Shown: positions 24,330-36,340, counted from the first letter of the whole stretch. The stretch is DNA of 63,017 bases, filler included, from Octopus bimaculoides (GCF_001194135.2; 5 parts of 5 records of this genome joined end to end with filler, not necessarily neighbours in it); one strand, 5' to 3'. Notes: generated by a model not told the origin, from the sequence alone. Program-made: numbers and translations.

Positions 24330-27300
24330 GCAGACTAAAGATGTCTTGAAAATGGATAAGCGCACGTTTGAAATTATTCCAGAGAGGTTAGCAAATAGCT
24401 GACAATCCAAATAACATTATAATGTCAGCTCTAAAGAGCAATGGCTACATAAAGCTTGGACAGAGTGAAAGTAGCAAGAATTCATCCACTCCTATGCCCC
24501 CATTAGCATTTGTGACACCATCTTTGAACAGAAACGTGACAAAAGATGACAAGGATGGAGACACCGTTGTGAGTGGAAGATGTAATTTGGCTCCACTGAT
24601 CCACAAGGGAACACAAGTGAGACCATAAATGAGAGACCTGCCAAGGATGGAGACACCAGCACAAATGGCCCTATCACCACCAATATGAACAACCAAAGAG
24701 ATGAAAAGCTAAAAGACGAAAACAGTAAAGGAAGAAAATAGGTAAACAGAAGCTTCTGATGATGACAAAAATACAAACGACAAAAAAAAAAAAACAAGAG
24801 AGAGAGCCCAAGAAAAACAACTAAGAAAAGAAATAAGTCGGACAGTTTATGTGAGGGAGGGCACACAAGTGTGTAAATTCTACCTGTGCAGTGTCTGCTG
24901 GCATGGAGATGACAGTACAAACTGCCACTTCCTACACCAAAAACCATGCCACTGGCAGAAGAAAAACTTCCCTTCAAAGGGACTAAGAGAAAAAGAGGAA
25001 AAAGTCGCACATACTTGCATTGAAGCAAAGATATGATGTTGTGCATACTACCTCTAACAGCCAGCCAAAAGCTGTCATAAGGACTGCAGCAGAGCACCAA
25101 TCCTTTTTATGCACGGTACAAAAGCAACTGTCCTGGCTACATCAATTCCAGGGTCGGAGCCATCACCACCAACATACAAGACCTACACAGCCAATGGATT
25201 CAGGGTGGCCACCAGTGGCATCAGCACTGCACAGCACAGATGTTGCATCAATATTCTTTATGAGCATCAAAGGACTGTTACAATTCAGTAAATGAATGAA
25301 AGTTCCCACCCTGAGAGACCTTGCAGAAATACACATACCAAAATATGTTGTATTGCAAAGTGACAGAACAGACAGGAGTCATGGTGGAGTTGCAATGTAC
25401 ATTCGTGAAGATCTCACACCCCAAATCCTTATGTCACACTCAAACATGGTGTGTGCCACGCTAATTGTACATATAAGACAATTCAGTATAGTTATATGTA
25501 CAACTTATCACCCACCAGATGTTCCAAATCACATGGGCTATTTGAAGACTGCTTGGCAAGGAAAGAAGTCTTTACCAAACTAGAACAAGAAATCAGTATA
25601 CTTCTCATTGGTGACTTTAATCTGCTCAACATCCCAGAAATGATTTGATCTGAGCAAAGTCAGGTGGAATCCCTGCTCAACCTCACCAAGTTATACATGG
25701 AGCAAGTAATACTCCAACCAACCATGGCAAACAATATACTTGATCTTTGCTTCACAAACAGTATGGATCTCATCCATAATGTAAAAGTGATACTGATACT
25801 AGTCTTGGATCACCACAATACAGCTAACAATGTATGAATCATAGGAACTCACAGAAATGCAGCCTATTAGAAGCACCCAAAATCTATCCACTCTGAACTT
25901 CCAGAAAGAAGATTGGAAATCAATTGAGAAAGAGATCATCGAACAGGATTGGCTCCAATGTCTCACTACACCTGATACCAACATGAAATTCAAAGACTTC
26001 ATATCCATAATACAAGCCATATGCTGCAAGTGTGTCCCAGAGGGAAAGTCCACTGCTCATAAGAGAGAAAAGTTCTTGTGAGACGGTTGTACAAAGGTTG
26101 CAAACTGCCTCAACAGAGAATTCAATGTTAGTGGAAAATCCTGCCTGGAAACAGTACTGCAAGAGATTGAGAAATATCTAAAATGTTCCCATGAAAAAGA
26201 AAGAGCAGACAAATATAAAATCAAATTCTAAAGCCTATCTAAGTATGTCAAAGAAACTTCCGCCATGCATTGCAAGGTAGAGCTGCACCTCCAAAAGGAT
26301 GATTCCTTCACAGGAAACCCAATAAGGGTAAGAGAAACTTTGAATGAACAATTCAAAAGTGTCTTCCCTTCACCCTACAGAGGTAGAAAGGGAGGCAGTG
26401 AAAATTGATTACATCAACGTCAAAGAAGAGCATGTAATGCTAGCAATAGATGATGTAAATGCAAACTCAGCTGCTGGCTCTGACAGATTCCCAGCAATCC
26501 TTCTCAAGTCATGCAAATGAGCCCTTGCAAAACCACTACAGTTTCTATTTCAGAGCAACTGAGAGAGGGAATAATATTCCCTATTCATAAAGGAGGAGGC
26601 AGAGCAGATACTAAAAACTATAGGCCCACCTCTCTGACCTCACACAGAAGCAAAGTCATGGAATGCTTAGTCCAAAGGGAACTAATTGTATTTCTTGGAG
26701 AGAATGACTTGCTGACTGACACCCAAGATGGCTTTTGACCAGGTAGAAGCTGCCTGACACAACTCTTGCAGCATCATGACTGGGTGTTAAAGCAGCTGCT
26801 CAACAACTCAAATGTGGACATGATATATCCCAACTTTGCAAAAGCCTTTAATTAAATCGACCATAGTATAGTATATCACAAGCTGCATAATCTTGGCATA
26901 CTTGGAAAACATGGAGTATGGCTACATGACTTCCTAAAAGATAGAAGTTAGATAGTGGTGGCCAACAGGACCACCTCCAATGAAACAAATAATGAGTGGT
27001 GTTCCACAGGGCACTGTCTTGGGTCCTCTGCTATTCATAGTGGCCTTCTCAGACATGCCCTCAGCTGCTCAGGTAGCCACCCTAGCTCGCTATGCAGGTG
27101 ATACAAAAGTCTCTCAGAGTATACAGAACCCTGAAGATGTTATGTGAGGAAAATAACATGCAGTTTAATGCAAAGATTTCCAAGCACTGTGCTACCAACA
27201 CAGAAAGCTAAATGAAAAGCAGACAGGATACACAGGCTTGGGAGGAATTGCTAAAACAAAATCAACCCCTGAAACAAAATCAGTTTGTGACCTGGACATT

Positions 27301-28020
27301 GACATGAGTAATGATGCATCTTTCCAGGTGCATATTACTAAGTTGGCAATAAAATGCAGATGGCTGGCTGGATCGTTTCGAACTTTCAAAACAAGAGAAG
27401 AGGAAACCATGACGGTCCTCTGGAGCATTTGTCCTCAGACATTTAGATTACTGCTCCCAACTATGGTCACATACAGCATAAAATTGATGGTGTAACTTGA
27501 AGCAATCCAGTGAAGATTGTCTCAATGCGACATGTCAGCTACTGGGAGAGACTGAAAAAATCAAGACTCTACTCCCTTGAACAAAGGAAGGAAAGATATG
27601 TAGCGATATACATCTGGAAAATCCTAGGAGAATTTGTATCTAAGTGTAGCACTGTCACTTACACAAACAGCAGAACAGGGTGCCACTGCATAATACCCAA
27701 AACCCCAATATTGCCATCAGAATACCAGACCAGATACTGCAACAGCTTGGGTTTCAGGAGCCCACAGCTCTTCAATATCCTCCAACAAAGCATGAGAAAC
27801 CTACATGAAGTGGATGTAGATGCCTGCAAAATAAAACTGGATCTCCTCCTGTCACAAGTTCCTGATGGACCTACCTCATGACAAGAAACACAGATGAGGG
27901 CAGCAACATCATTCAACAAAAATTCACCACATATCAGAGGAGGTTTAGTGAAAGCATAGCAAAGCTAACTGCAGCAAACCAGCATGGCTGCAGCTCTTCA
28001 GCTGAAATTAGTAAGGGAAA
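24330..28020 (+). mobile_element. Near full-length decayed CR1/L2-group LINE (ORF1 with CCCH-like finger, APE, RT)
   Basis: CKFYLCSVCWHGDDSTNCHFLH (about 24872); GGVAMYI, LIGDFN, NILDLCFTN (APE); NYRPTSLTS, GVPQGTVLGPLLF, YAGDTKV (RT); YWERLKKSRLYSLEQRKERY. Many stops and frameshifts. Confidence 0.93.
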
Positions 28021-28059
28021 AAACATATATATACACAAACATACATACATATATGGCCA

Positions 28060-28350
28060 ACCATAGAGATGCATGTACACAAATGAGAGCTTTACATGCT
28101 ATGTACAAAGGTGAACTGAACAATGTGAGAATCAATAATGTGTACAACAACAAATTTAGCATGAAAGTAAGTATCCCTCAATGGTCAAGACTAAGCCCTC
28201 GCCTATTCATCCTCATTCATCCTCACAAGCCATCGTAAAGAAATCTAAGCTTAGCTATCCACAAAATCTCTTATATGCTTACAGGTGAATCTATAGTGGA
28301 ATTTTAAAAAATTTCAAGCTTGGAAGGTAAGCATAGAACCAAGAGGCTTC
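28060..28350 (+). mobile_element. Decayed RTE RT fragment
   Basis: AMYKGELNNVRINNVYNNKFSMKVSIPQWSRLSPRLFIL is homologous to the RT4-5 region at 37080-37200. Confidence 0.7.
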
Positions 28351-29057
28351 AAAGAGAGAGATTACATACATGCACACATGTACACTTGCACGCGTACACA
28401 CACACAAAGAAAGAAGAGAAAAGAGGAGTAAATGAGCATTCCTTACTTTCTCTAAAGACTGTGAAATGTCTTCAATTTTCCCTTTTGTAATTTTGATTCG
28501 ATCTTCAAAACCATTTTGTCTGAAGTAAACAGTAAAAGTAAATCACATTCTCTAATACACAAACATAAGAAACATATAGATATATTGATAAATACACAAT
28601 ATGACCGAATAATATATATATATATATATATANNNNNNNNNNNNNNNNNNNNNNNNNNNNNNNNNNNNNNNNNNNNNNNNNNNNNNNNNNNNNNNNNNNN
28701 NNNNNNNNNNNNNNNNNNNNNNNNNNNNNNNNNNNNNNNNNNNNNNNNNNNNNNNNNNNNNNNNNNNNNNNNNNNNNNNNNNNNNNNNNNNNNNNNNNNN
28801 NNNNNNNNNNNNNNNNNNNNNNNNNNNNNNNNNNNNNNNNNNNNNNNNNNNNNNNNNNNNNNNNNNNNNNNNNNNNNNNNNNNNNNNNNNNNNNNNNNNN
28901 NNNNNNNNNNNNNNNNNNNNNNNNNNNNNAAAAAAAATAAAACAAATTTTCTTTCAAACATTTGATTGTGGCCATGCTGGAGCACTACCTTGAGAGGTTT
29001 TTTAAGCCTAGTACTTATTTCCACACAGCCATGCATACATATACATATATATATATA

Positions 29058-29330
29058 TATCATCATCATCATCATCGTTTAATGTCCGCTTTCCATGCTA
29101 GCATGGGTTGGACGATTTGACTGAGGACTGGTGAACCAGATGGCTACACCAGGCTCCAATCTGATTTGGCAGAGTTTCTATCGTCATCATCATCATCATT
29201 TAACGTCCTCCTTCCATGCTGGCATGGGTAGGATGGTTTGGCATGATTTGGCAAGTTACAAGACAGCATCAACCTCTACTATCTACTTTGGCATGGTTTC
29301 TACGGCTGAATGCCTTTCCTAATACCAATC
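29058..29330 (-). mobile_element. Two nested 3' ends of an (ATG)n-tailed retroposon family E
   Basis: catcatcatc-gtttaatgtccgctttccatgctagcatggg occurs twice. It is the reverse complement of the family at 39240-39555. Confidence 0.75.
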
Positions 29331-30041
29331 TTACAGAATATACTGAGTACTCTATACATGACACAAGTCAGAGCAAGGTCACCAAATAACTTGCAAAACA
29401 AAACCCCACAACTGAGTGGGGAGTAGTGCTGAGTGAGGTGACTTTGAACCAGGTAATGAGAGACTAGAGTGTGGATAGAGGGACAGAAATAGGTGTCTTG
29501 TAATCAGTAAATAGACAAAATCATCATGGCCAAATGTATAAGTCTCCTTTCACCAAACCATGACTACAATCACTGTATACAATGTACCTACGATCTTAAA
29601 GACAAAAACACACTCATAGAAAAAGATAAAGCAACCCAAATTTATGTTAAGAAGATACATTTGTATACAATCAGTTTTAAATCAGGAATACTGATAGACA
29701 TACTTTAAAAGAATAACAAAACAAATTTTCTTTCACACACAATGGTTACTAATATATACACCCCCACAAAAAAAAAAAAAACAGCATTTTAAGCATTTGT
29801 CGACACAAACAAAGGCGGATATGCAAAGGTGCATTCATATATGCGTAAAAGTAGTCATAGTTATATATATATGTAGAAGTTGAAGTTTTTATGGAAATCA
29901 TTTAAAAAGTGTACAGTGTAATTATAGTTATATGTATTATTTAAAGGGACATCAACATTAATATGTAAACAACAACAACAACAATTTTAGAAATAATACA
30001 TTTCTAAATCTCTCAGAGAGATTTATGCAGTAGTGATACGA

Positions 30042-30325
30042 TGAAGTAGTTGTATGCTGTCAACTTAATGTGACAGTCCCCTGAAGGGAATAATACTACT
30101 GTTGGTTAGACCTAGGAAGCTGCACCGCTTCCTGTCGGCCTTGACACATTTCCTGTGTCCTTATGTTTACAAGGGGGAGACAAACATCTCCCCCTTGTAA
30201 ACATAAGGACACAGGAAATGTGTCAAGGCCGACAGGAAGCGGTGCAGCTTCCTAGGTCTAACCAACAGTAGTATTATTCCCTTCAGGGGACTGTCACATT
30301 AAGTTGACAGCATACAACTACTTCA
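30042..30325. repeat. Perfect inverted repeat: 139-bp arms (30042-30180, 30187-30325), 6-nt spacer CAAACA
   Basis: Arms compared by eye as exact reverse complements. The right arm is followed by (AAC)n(AAT)n. Confidence 0.95.
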
Positions 30326-30344
30326 ACAACAACAATAATAATAA

Positions 30345-30560
30345 TTTTTTTCTACTAAAGGCACAATGCCTGAAATATTGTGGGAGTGAACTAGTCGATT
30401 ACCTCGACCCCAGTGTTTCACTGGTACTTAATTTATTGACCCCCAAAGATGAAAGGCAAAACTGACCTACGCAGAACTTGAACTAAGAATGTAGTGATGG
30501 GTGAAATACCATTAAGCATTTTGTCTAGTATGCTAATGATTCTTCTGGCTCGCTGCCTCA
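30345..30560 (-). mobile_element. SINE family A copy
   Basis: ctggtacttaatttattgacccccaaagatgaaaggcaaa..aacttgaactaagaa..tggctcgctgcctca. Confidence 0.85.
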
Positions 30561-30574
30561 GTAATAATAATAAT

Positions 30575-31978
30575 TAGATGAACTTGAAACCACTGCCACC
30601 AAACAAGGAAAACAGATCAAGCAGACTGCGAAAAAGAATGGGCAGAAACAAATTGAGGAGCTGTGGAAACAGAAGCCCTGCAGGGACAGTATATTCTTCA
30701 AAGTCAAAATGCTGATGTAGACCAAGCAACAACCCATCAGTAGCTGAGAAGTTCAAGACTGAAAGTTTCATACTGGTGGCACAAAATCAAAGCTTCCTTA
30801 CCAGAAACTACCAGGCAAATGTTCTTCAAAACGGTTCTGACCGTAAATGCAGATTCTGCAACACATCTGATGAAACAATAGATGATCTTGTTTCAGGATG
30901 TCCTGTGCAGACACCAATGAATACAAAAATTGCCAAGATAGGGTAGGATAGTATTTATATTAGAAAATATGTAAACATTACAAAATCAGCACTCCTGTTT
31001 ATTGATATGAACATCATCCCGAGCCAGTCGTTGAAGGTAAAAATGTCACTATCTTCTGGGATTTTCCAATCAACACCAACAGAACAATTCAGGATAATTG
31101 ACCAGACATAATTATTAAAGACAAGAAAGAAAATATCTGCAGACTAATAAAACAATATCTGTAAAGGAATTTGACAAATTAAGAAAATATAAGTACCTAG
31201 AAAATGAAATACAAAAGATGTGGCAGCTTAAAGCAAAACTGTTCCTGTTATTATAGGTGCCCAAGGTATGACAAAAAGGAACGTCAGAAACACCCAGATA
31301 ATACCCCAGGAGAACCATGTCCCAGAGAAATCCAAAAGGTTATGCTAAACAACTACTGCCCATATCTTTAGAAAAACTATACCAATTTGAATATCTGTAT
31401 TGTATTACATGTGGAGGCGCAATGGCCCAGTGGTTAGGGCAGCGGACTCACAATCGTAGGATCGCGGTTTCAATTCCCAGACCGGGCGTTGTGAGTGTTT
31501 TATTGAGCTAAAACACCTAAAGCTCCACGAGGCTCCGGTAGGGGATGGTGGCAAACCCTGCTGTACTCTTTCAGCACAAGTTTCTCTCATTCTTACTTCC
31601 TGTTTCTGTTAAGCCTGTAATTCAAAGAGTCAGCCTTGTCACACTGTGTCACACTGAATATCCCCGAGAACTACGTTAAAGGTACACATGTCTGTGGAGT
31701 GCTCAGCCACTTGCACGTTAATTTCACGAGCAGGCTGTTCGGTTGATCAGATCAACTGGAACCCTCGACGTCGTAAGCGATGGAGTGCCAACAATGTATT
31801 ACATGAAGATATTTTGCTACTGCCCCTGCCACTTCACCTCCCCAAGCTTTCAGTCATATTGTAACATCTCTTGTCCTTCACTCACTCTATGACACCGGGT
31901 GTGTCTTGGCAAGTGATTGTAACAAACATGCAGATAAAACGTAAAAAACAATAGTAATAATAATAATAGTAATAGTAA
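30575..31978 (+). mobile_element. 5'-truncated R4/Dong-like LINE within (TAA)n, interrupted by a SINE in its 3' UTR
   Basis: Across frameshifts: TRNYQAN, CRFCNTSDETIDDLVSGCP, IFWDFPINTNRTI, PDIIIKDK, KYKYLENEIQKMWQLK. (TAA)n at 30563-30574 and 31950-31978. Confidence 0.88.
31412..31794 (+). mobile_element. Full-length tRNA-derived SINE family F with 11-bp TSD TGTATTACATG
   Basis: A box TGGCCCAGTGG and B box GGTTTCAATTCC. TSD at 31401-31411 and 31795-31805. Confidence 0.9.
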
Positions 31979-32900
31979 CAAAAACAATTATGATGAAATT
32001 TACAATAATCTGAATTATATGTATAATTCCAGAAGTAAGGGTGAGGGGATTACTGAATTACAAAGACTCCAACAGGTAACTGGTACACATTATAGACACA
32101 CTAAATGGATAAAAACCAAATTCAATAAAACAGAGTAAGGACAAAATATGAGAAATCATTTTGTCTATCTTACTAATGATTTTTGTGAGCTCAGCATTTT
32201 AGTGAAAATAGCGAAAACAGCACTACTAGAATGGTTTGTAGATTTAGAATTGAGATAATCCCCAATTCTCTGTATGTATATATATATATATAAACAATAT
32301 ATGAGTATATGCATATATATATGTACATGTATGTACATACCTTCATCTACATGTACATATAGATACATAACTGGGTACATGACGTGGCAAAAGAACAGGG
32401 ACAAAATTACTATGAATATATCTATTCGTCTGTATATTTAGAATAATACAACAATCTAAAGTACTAAAATTAAAACCATAGAGAACATTAATAGTTAAAT
32501 TAGAATAAGACAAACATTTATAGTAAAATTAGGATAAGATATACATTTATGTGGGGTAGTAGAAGAGAGATATTATTTATAAGAAAACCATAAGAAGAGA
32601 AGATATCAATGACCAAAACAAATCAAAGTAAAAGGGGAGGAAAAGAAGGAGAAAGAAAAAAGGGGAGGAATAAAGTTAGAAAATCAAGACTAAACTAAGA
32701 GTATTAAAGCTATGGTATCAGAATTGATAATATGATAGAAGAGACTTAGAATTAGCTAGAGAAATGTAGGAATATTATCAGTGGGTTGGAAAAGGTTAAA
32801 ATGTATTCCAAATTGTTTATACTTTAAAGCTATAACTTAAATAAAGTAGTTAATAGTCTGGGAAACGAAAGGGATTAAAATAATATATTATTAGCAAGAT

Positions 32901-33827
32901 TTACTTTTTAAAATATTTAAAGGTGCGAGAGTAACAATGTACACATAGAACCCTAAGGTCAGATCTATTGTTAATTAGATTAGGATTATCCTTAAGTTTA
33001 AAAATTTCATAAATTTCCATAGAGCACAGTCCACAGCCGTATCTACTATTTCTATAGAGTTGTGCCCTCCTGATGATTTCCCATTTAAGGTTAAAATCAA
33101 TACCATTTTCCTTCAACTCCCAAATTTTATTAGATAATGATGTGCTATTGGCCATATGTTTAAGTCTAAACAAGGAAAAGTGATTGTATAACAGTTGTTT
33201 AAGATTGATTGTGCAACCAACATAAATGTAATTATTAGTTGGAGTAGTTACTGTACATTTATAGACCACGTTACGGGCTAAACAACGGCCAGATACTGGG
33301 CAGTGGGCCTTAATTCTACAATTACAATCAAGGGGATTATTAGCTATATATATATTATTATGTTGATTGTTAATACAATTATCAAAATTAATTATATCAA
33401 TATTGTTGGTTGTATTACTGGATATGCAATTGATATTGTTTGAGCTAGGAAGATTTATCTCATCAACTATGTTAACAGTTGAAGTATTATTATGTTCATT
33501 AACATGNNNNNNNNNNTTTATCTCATCAACTATGTTAACAGTTGAAGTATTATTATGTTCATTAACATGTACATGATTATTGGTTGCATTGGTATTATTA
33601 ATTGTCTGGTAGTTATTTGTATTGCTATCAATCATAAGACAATTTTTATTTTCAAGGGTCCTAGCTAATTCTATGTTCTTTTTATTCAACTTATTGATGA
33701 TAGATCTTATATTAGGGAGAGTAGAGTATGAGATATGGATTGTGTGCTGAGAAAAGATTTTATAATATCTATGGTTAAGGTCAAAATTTTTTAATAAGAT
33801 ATCCATAAGAAGTTTAAGATGGGGCAA
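32901..33827 (-). CDS. GIY-YIG endonuclease ORF of a Penelope-like element (linker + Cys-rich knuckle + GIY-YIG); RT absent
   Basis: HRYYKIFSQHTIHISYST, CNCRIKAHCPVSGRC, NVVY..YVGCT..YNH, WELK..KWEII, CGLCSMEIYEI, LINNRSDL..CVH. First ATG about 33806. A 10-N gap with a duplicated flank inflates the length. Confidence 0.88.
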   Translation of the reverse strand: MPHLKLLMDILLKNFDLNHRYYKIFSQHTIHISYSTLPNIRSIINKLNKKNIELARTLENKNCLMIDSNTNNYQTINNTNATNNHVHVNEHNNTSTVNIVDEIXXXXHVNEHNNTSTVNIVDEINLPSSNNINCISSNTTNNIDIINFDNCINNQHNNIYIANNPLDCNCRIKAHCPVSGRCLARNVVYKCTVTTPTNNYIYVGCTINLKQLLYNHFSLFRLKHMANSTSLSNKIWELKENGIDFNLKWEIIRRAQLYRNSRYGCGLCSMEIYEIFKLKDNPNLINNRSDLRVLCVHCYSRTFKYFKK

Positions 33828-33829
33828 CT

Positions 33830-34200
33830 GCTCATACTGTTCTTGAATTTATAATGTATTTGTCTCCGTCTACAGATGTCTGTCCATGCGGTGTTAATTC
33901 GGTCATTGCTTAAATGTTCTTGTGCCAGTGTATCATATATTTCACGAGAAATCACACAGATTTCTTTTCCTTTATCTGATGGTGAGTAGATAAGGTTTTT
34001 GTTTTTTAGTTTAGTCAGTGTTTTATGTTGCGCCTTGGTTAAGTTTGGGGTTATATGCAATTCTTTCCTCAAGATGTTGGAGATAGACTGTTTCAATCTG
34101 GATAGTTTGTGGTTGAGTTTTTGGTTGGTTGGGGGAGGGTGGAGTGGGTGGTCTAATTGGTATGTAGGAAATTTGCCAGGTGTATTGTTCTTCTTTATTA
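33830..34200 (-). pseudogene. PLE N-terminal (pre-RT) fragment fused out of frame to the GIY-YIG ORF
   Basis: NLTKAQHKTLTKLKNKNLIYSPSDKGKEICVISREIYDTLAQEHLSND matches the PLE pre-RT motif NL..E..AL..L....I..ADKG..VV.M....Y......HL.D. Confidence 0.8.
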
Positions 34201-34394
34201 CCGATATATATATATACACATACATATATACATACACATACATTTATACAAATACGCACACACACATATATATATATACACACACATACATATATATACA
34301 CATACATACAGATATATACACATACACATACAGATATATATACATACACATGTAACACAATCTGACATTGGGTGAATGCACTTCGTACATGAGG

Positions 34395-34800
34395 TACATC
34401 CCGTCTATGGTCACCAACCAGTGTAAAATTAATTGCAGAGCTTGCGAAAGTCCAACAAAGCTACACAAAGAAGATAGCCTCTATGCAGTATTTAAGCTAC
34501 TGGGAAAGACTCAAGAGATTGAGACTCTATTCCCTGGAGAGTAGGTAAGAAAGATATAGTGTAATATATGTCTAGAATTTCCTGGAGTGATTTGTCCCAA
34601 ACTTTGGCATTGAGAGTTACACTACACTAACAGGGCACCACTGCATAGTACCAAAGACTCCAGCATTGCCATCAAAATATAGGACTAGATATTGCAATAG
34701 ACTAAGCTTTAAAGGCCCACAGCTCTTCAATAACCTCCTGAAAGACCTGAGAGAGCTAATGGGGTGGAGGTAGATGTCTTGTAAACAAAACTAGAGTTGC
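34395..34800 (+). mobile_element. C-terminal piece of a CR1/L2-group LINE, inverted relative to the adjacent RT
   Basis: WSPTSVKLIAELAKVQQSYTKKIASMQYLSYWERLKRLRLYSLE, homologous to 27450-27850. Confidence 0.85.
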
Positions 34801-36099
34801 ATTTAATCCAGGGCTCTGAATTGTTTTAGAGACTTTTGTGTCATCTGCATAGCCGGTGTGGGTGGCTATCTGAATCATCTGAGAGCAGGTTTGAGAGGGC
34901 CACTATAAATAGCAGTGGCCCTGGGACAGTGCCTTGTGGAACACCACTTACTATTTGTATTTCCTTTGAGGTGCCCCATTGCCCACCACATCCTGATGTC
35001 TATCAGGTAAAAAGTCATGTAGCCACTCTCCAATATTTTCAACTATGCCACTGTTTGTGACATATACCATGGTTGACTTTATCAAAGGCTTCTGCGAAGT
35101 TGAGATATATTATATCTACATTTGCATTGTTTAGCAGCTGCTTTAACACCCAGCTATGTCAGGCAGCTTCTACCTAGATGAAAACCATGCTGGGTGTCAG
35201 TCAGCAAGTCATTCTCTTCAAGGAACAGAATTAGTTTCTTGTGGACCATTCATTTGACGACTTTGCTGATGTGTGAGGTCAGACAGATAGGCCTATATTT
35301 TTTAGCATCTGCTCTGCTTCCGCCTTTGTGGATAGGGCATATCCCTTCTTTGAGTTTGTCTGGGAACTAACCACTTGCAAGTAAGATCTGGAAAAGAAGT
35401 TGCAGAGGTTTTGCAGGGGCCTGTTTGCATGATATGAGAAGGATTGCTGGGAATCCATCAGGGCCAGCAACTGAGCTTGCATGTCAATGTAATCAATTTT
35501 CAGCTCCTTGGTCACAGGTAAAATGGCAAAGAACTCTGCTGGTTTCTTCATTTGCCTGTGTCCCAGAGGAGTAGTGAACGCACTTTGGAACTGTTCATTC
35601 AGTATTTCACTTATCCTTATTCAGTTTCCTGTGAGGGAGGCATCTTTTTGGAAGAGTTAAAGAAAGCTTTAGGCTTTGGCTTAATATTTTCTATAACCCA
35701 GGCTTCCTTATCTGCTCTCTCTCTTTTTCGTAAGATTGATGCAGGCTTTTCTCAATCTCCAACAGCGTCCTCTTCAGGTGGTTCACAATCTTTGCCCGTC
35801 ATCTCATAAGAATGTTCCTTTCCCTAGGGATCTCGTTTTTGTGTATGTTGGCCTGGCACTCTGGGACAAATTTGTCACATATGGCTTGCATTATGGACAA
35901 TGAAATGTTTGTGTTTCATGCCAATGTCTGGTGTAGAGAAACATTTAGGCCAATCCTGTTTGAGGAGCTCTTTCTCAATCAACTTCCAGTTAGCTTTATG
36001 CAAGTTCAGATTGGAGAGATTTTAGGTGCTTCATATACGCTGTACATCTGTAGGGGCTTTTGGTCTATTATGTTGTGAGTCAAGACAAAAGTCAGTGTT

Positions 36100-36340
36100 T
36101 TATTTACATTATTTACATTCAACGGATATTTGCCCTCATCCTGTTTGTTGTTAACACAACGTTTCGGCTGATATACCCTCCAGCCTTCTTCAGGTGTCTT
36201 GGGGAAATTTCAAACCTGGGTTCTCATTCTTAAGGTATTTTTTTTTCAATGTTATTATTTTATTATTATTATTGTTAGTGTTCAGGTCACTGCTTGGAAT
36301 CGAACTCGGAATCTTGGGGTTAACCACTACACCATATGCC
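36100..36340 (-). mobile_element. tRNA-headed, hammerhead-bearing short retroelement, copy 1 (14-nt deletion in the head, intact ribozyme motif)
   Basis: GGCATATGGTGTAGTGGTTAA..GAGTTCGATTCC..(AAT)n..ATACCTTAAGAATGAGAACCCAGG..GACACCTGAAGAAGGCTGGAGGGTATATCAGCCGAAACGTTGTGTTAAC..AATGTAAATAA. Confidence 0.88.
36153..36198 (-). ncRNA. Minimal type I hammerhead ribozyme motif
   Basis: Helix I GACAC/GUGUU; core CUGAAGA plus extra A; helix II GGCUG/CAGCC; GAAAC-GUU cleavage triplet; palindromic AACGUU in place of a closed helix III. Activity untested. Confidence 0.75.

Noticed and set aside
33430-33570. Repeated HVNEHNNTSTVNIVDEI in the GIY-YIG ORF
   Set aside because: An exact duplication either side of a 10-N gap, typical of unmerged contig overlap.
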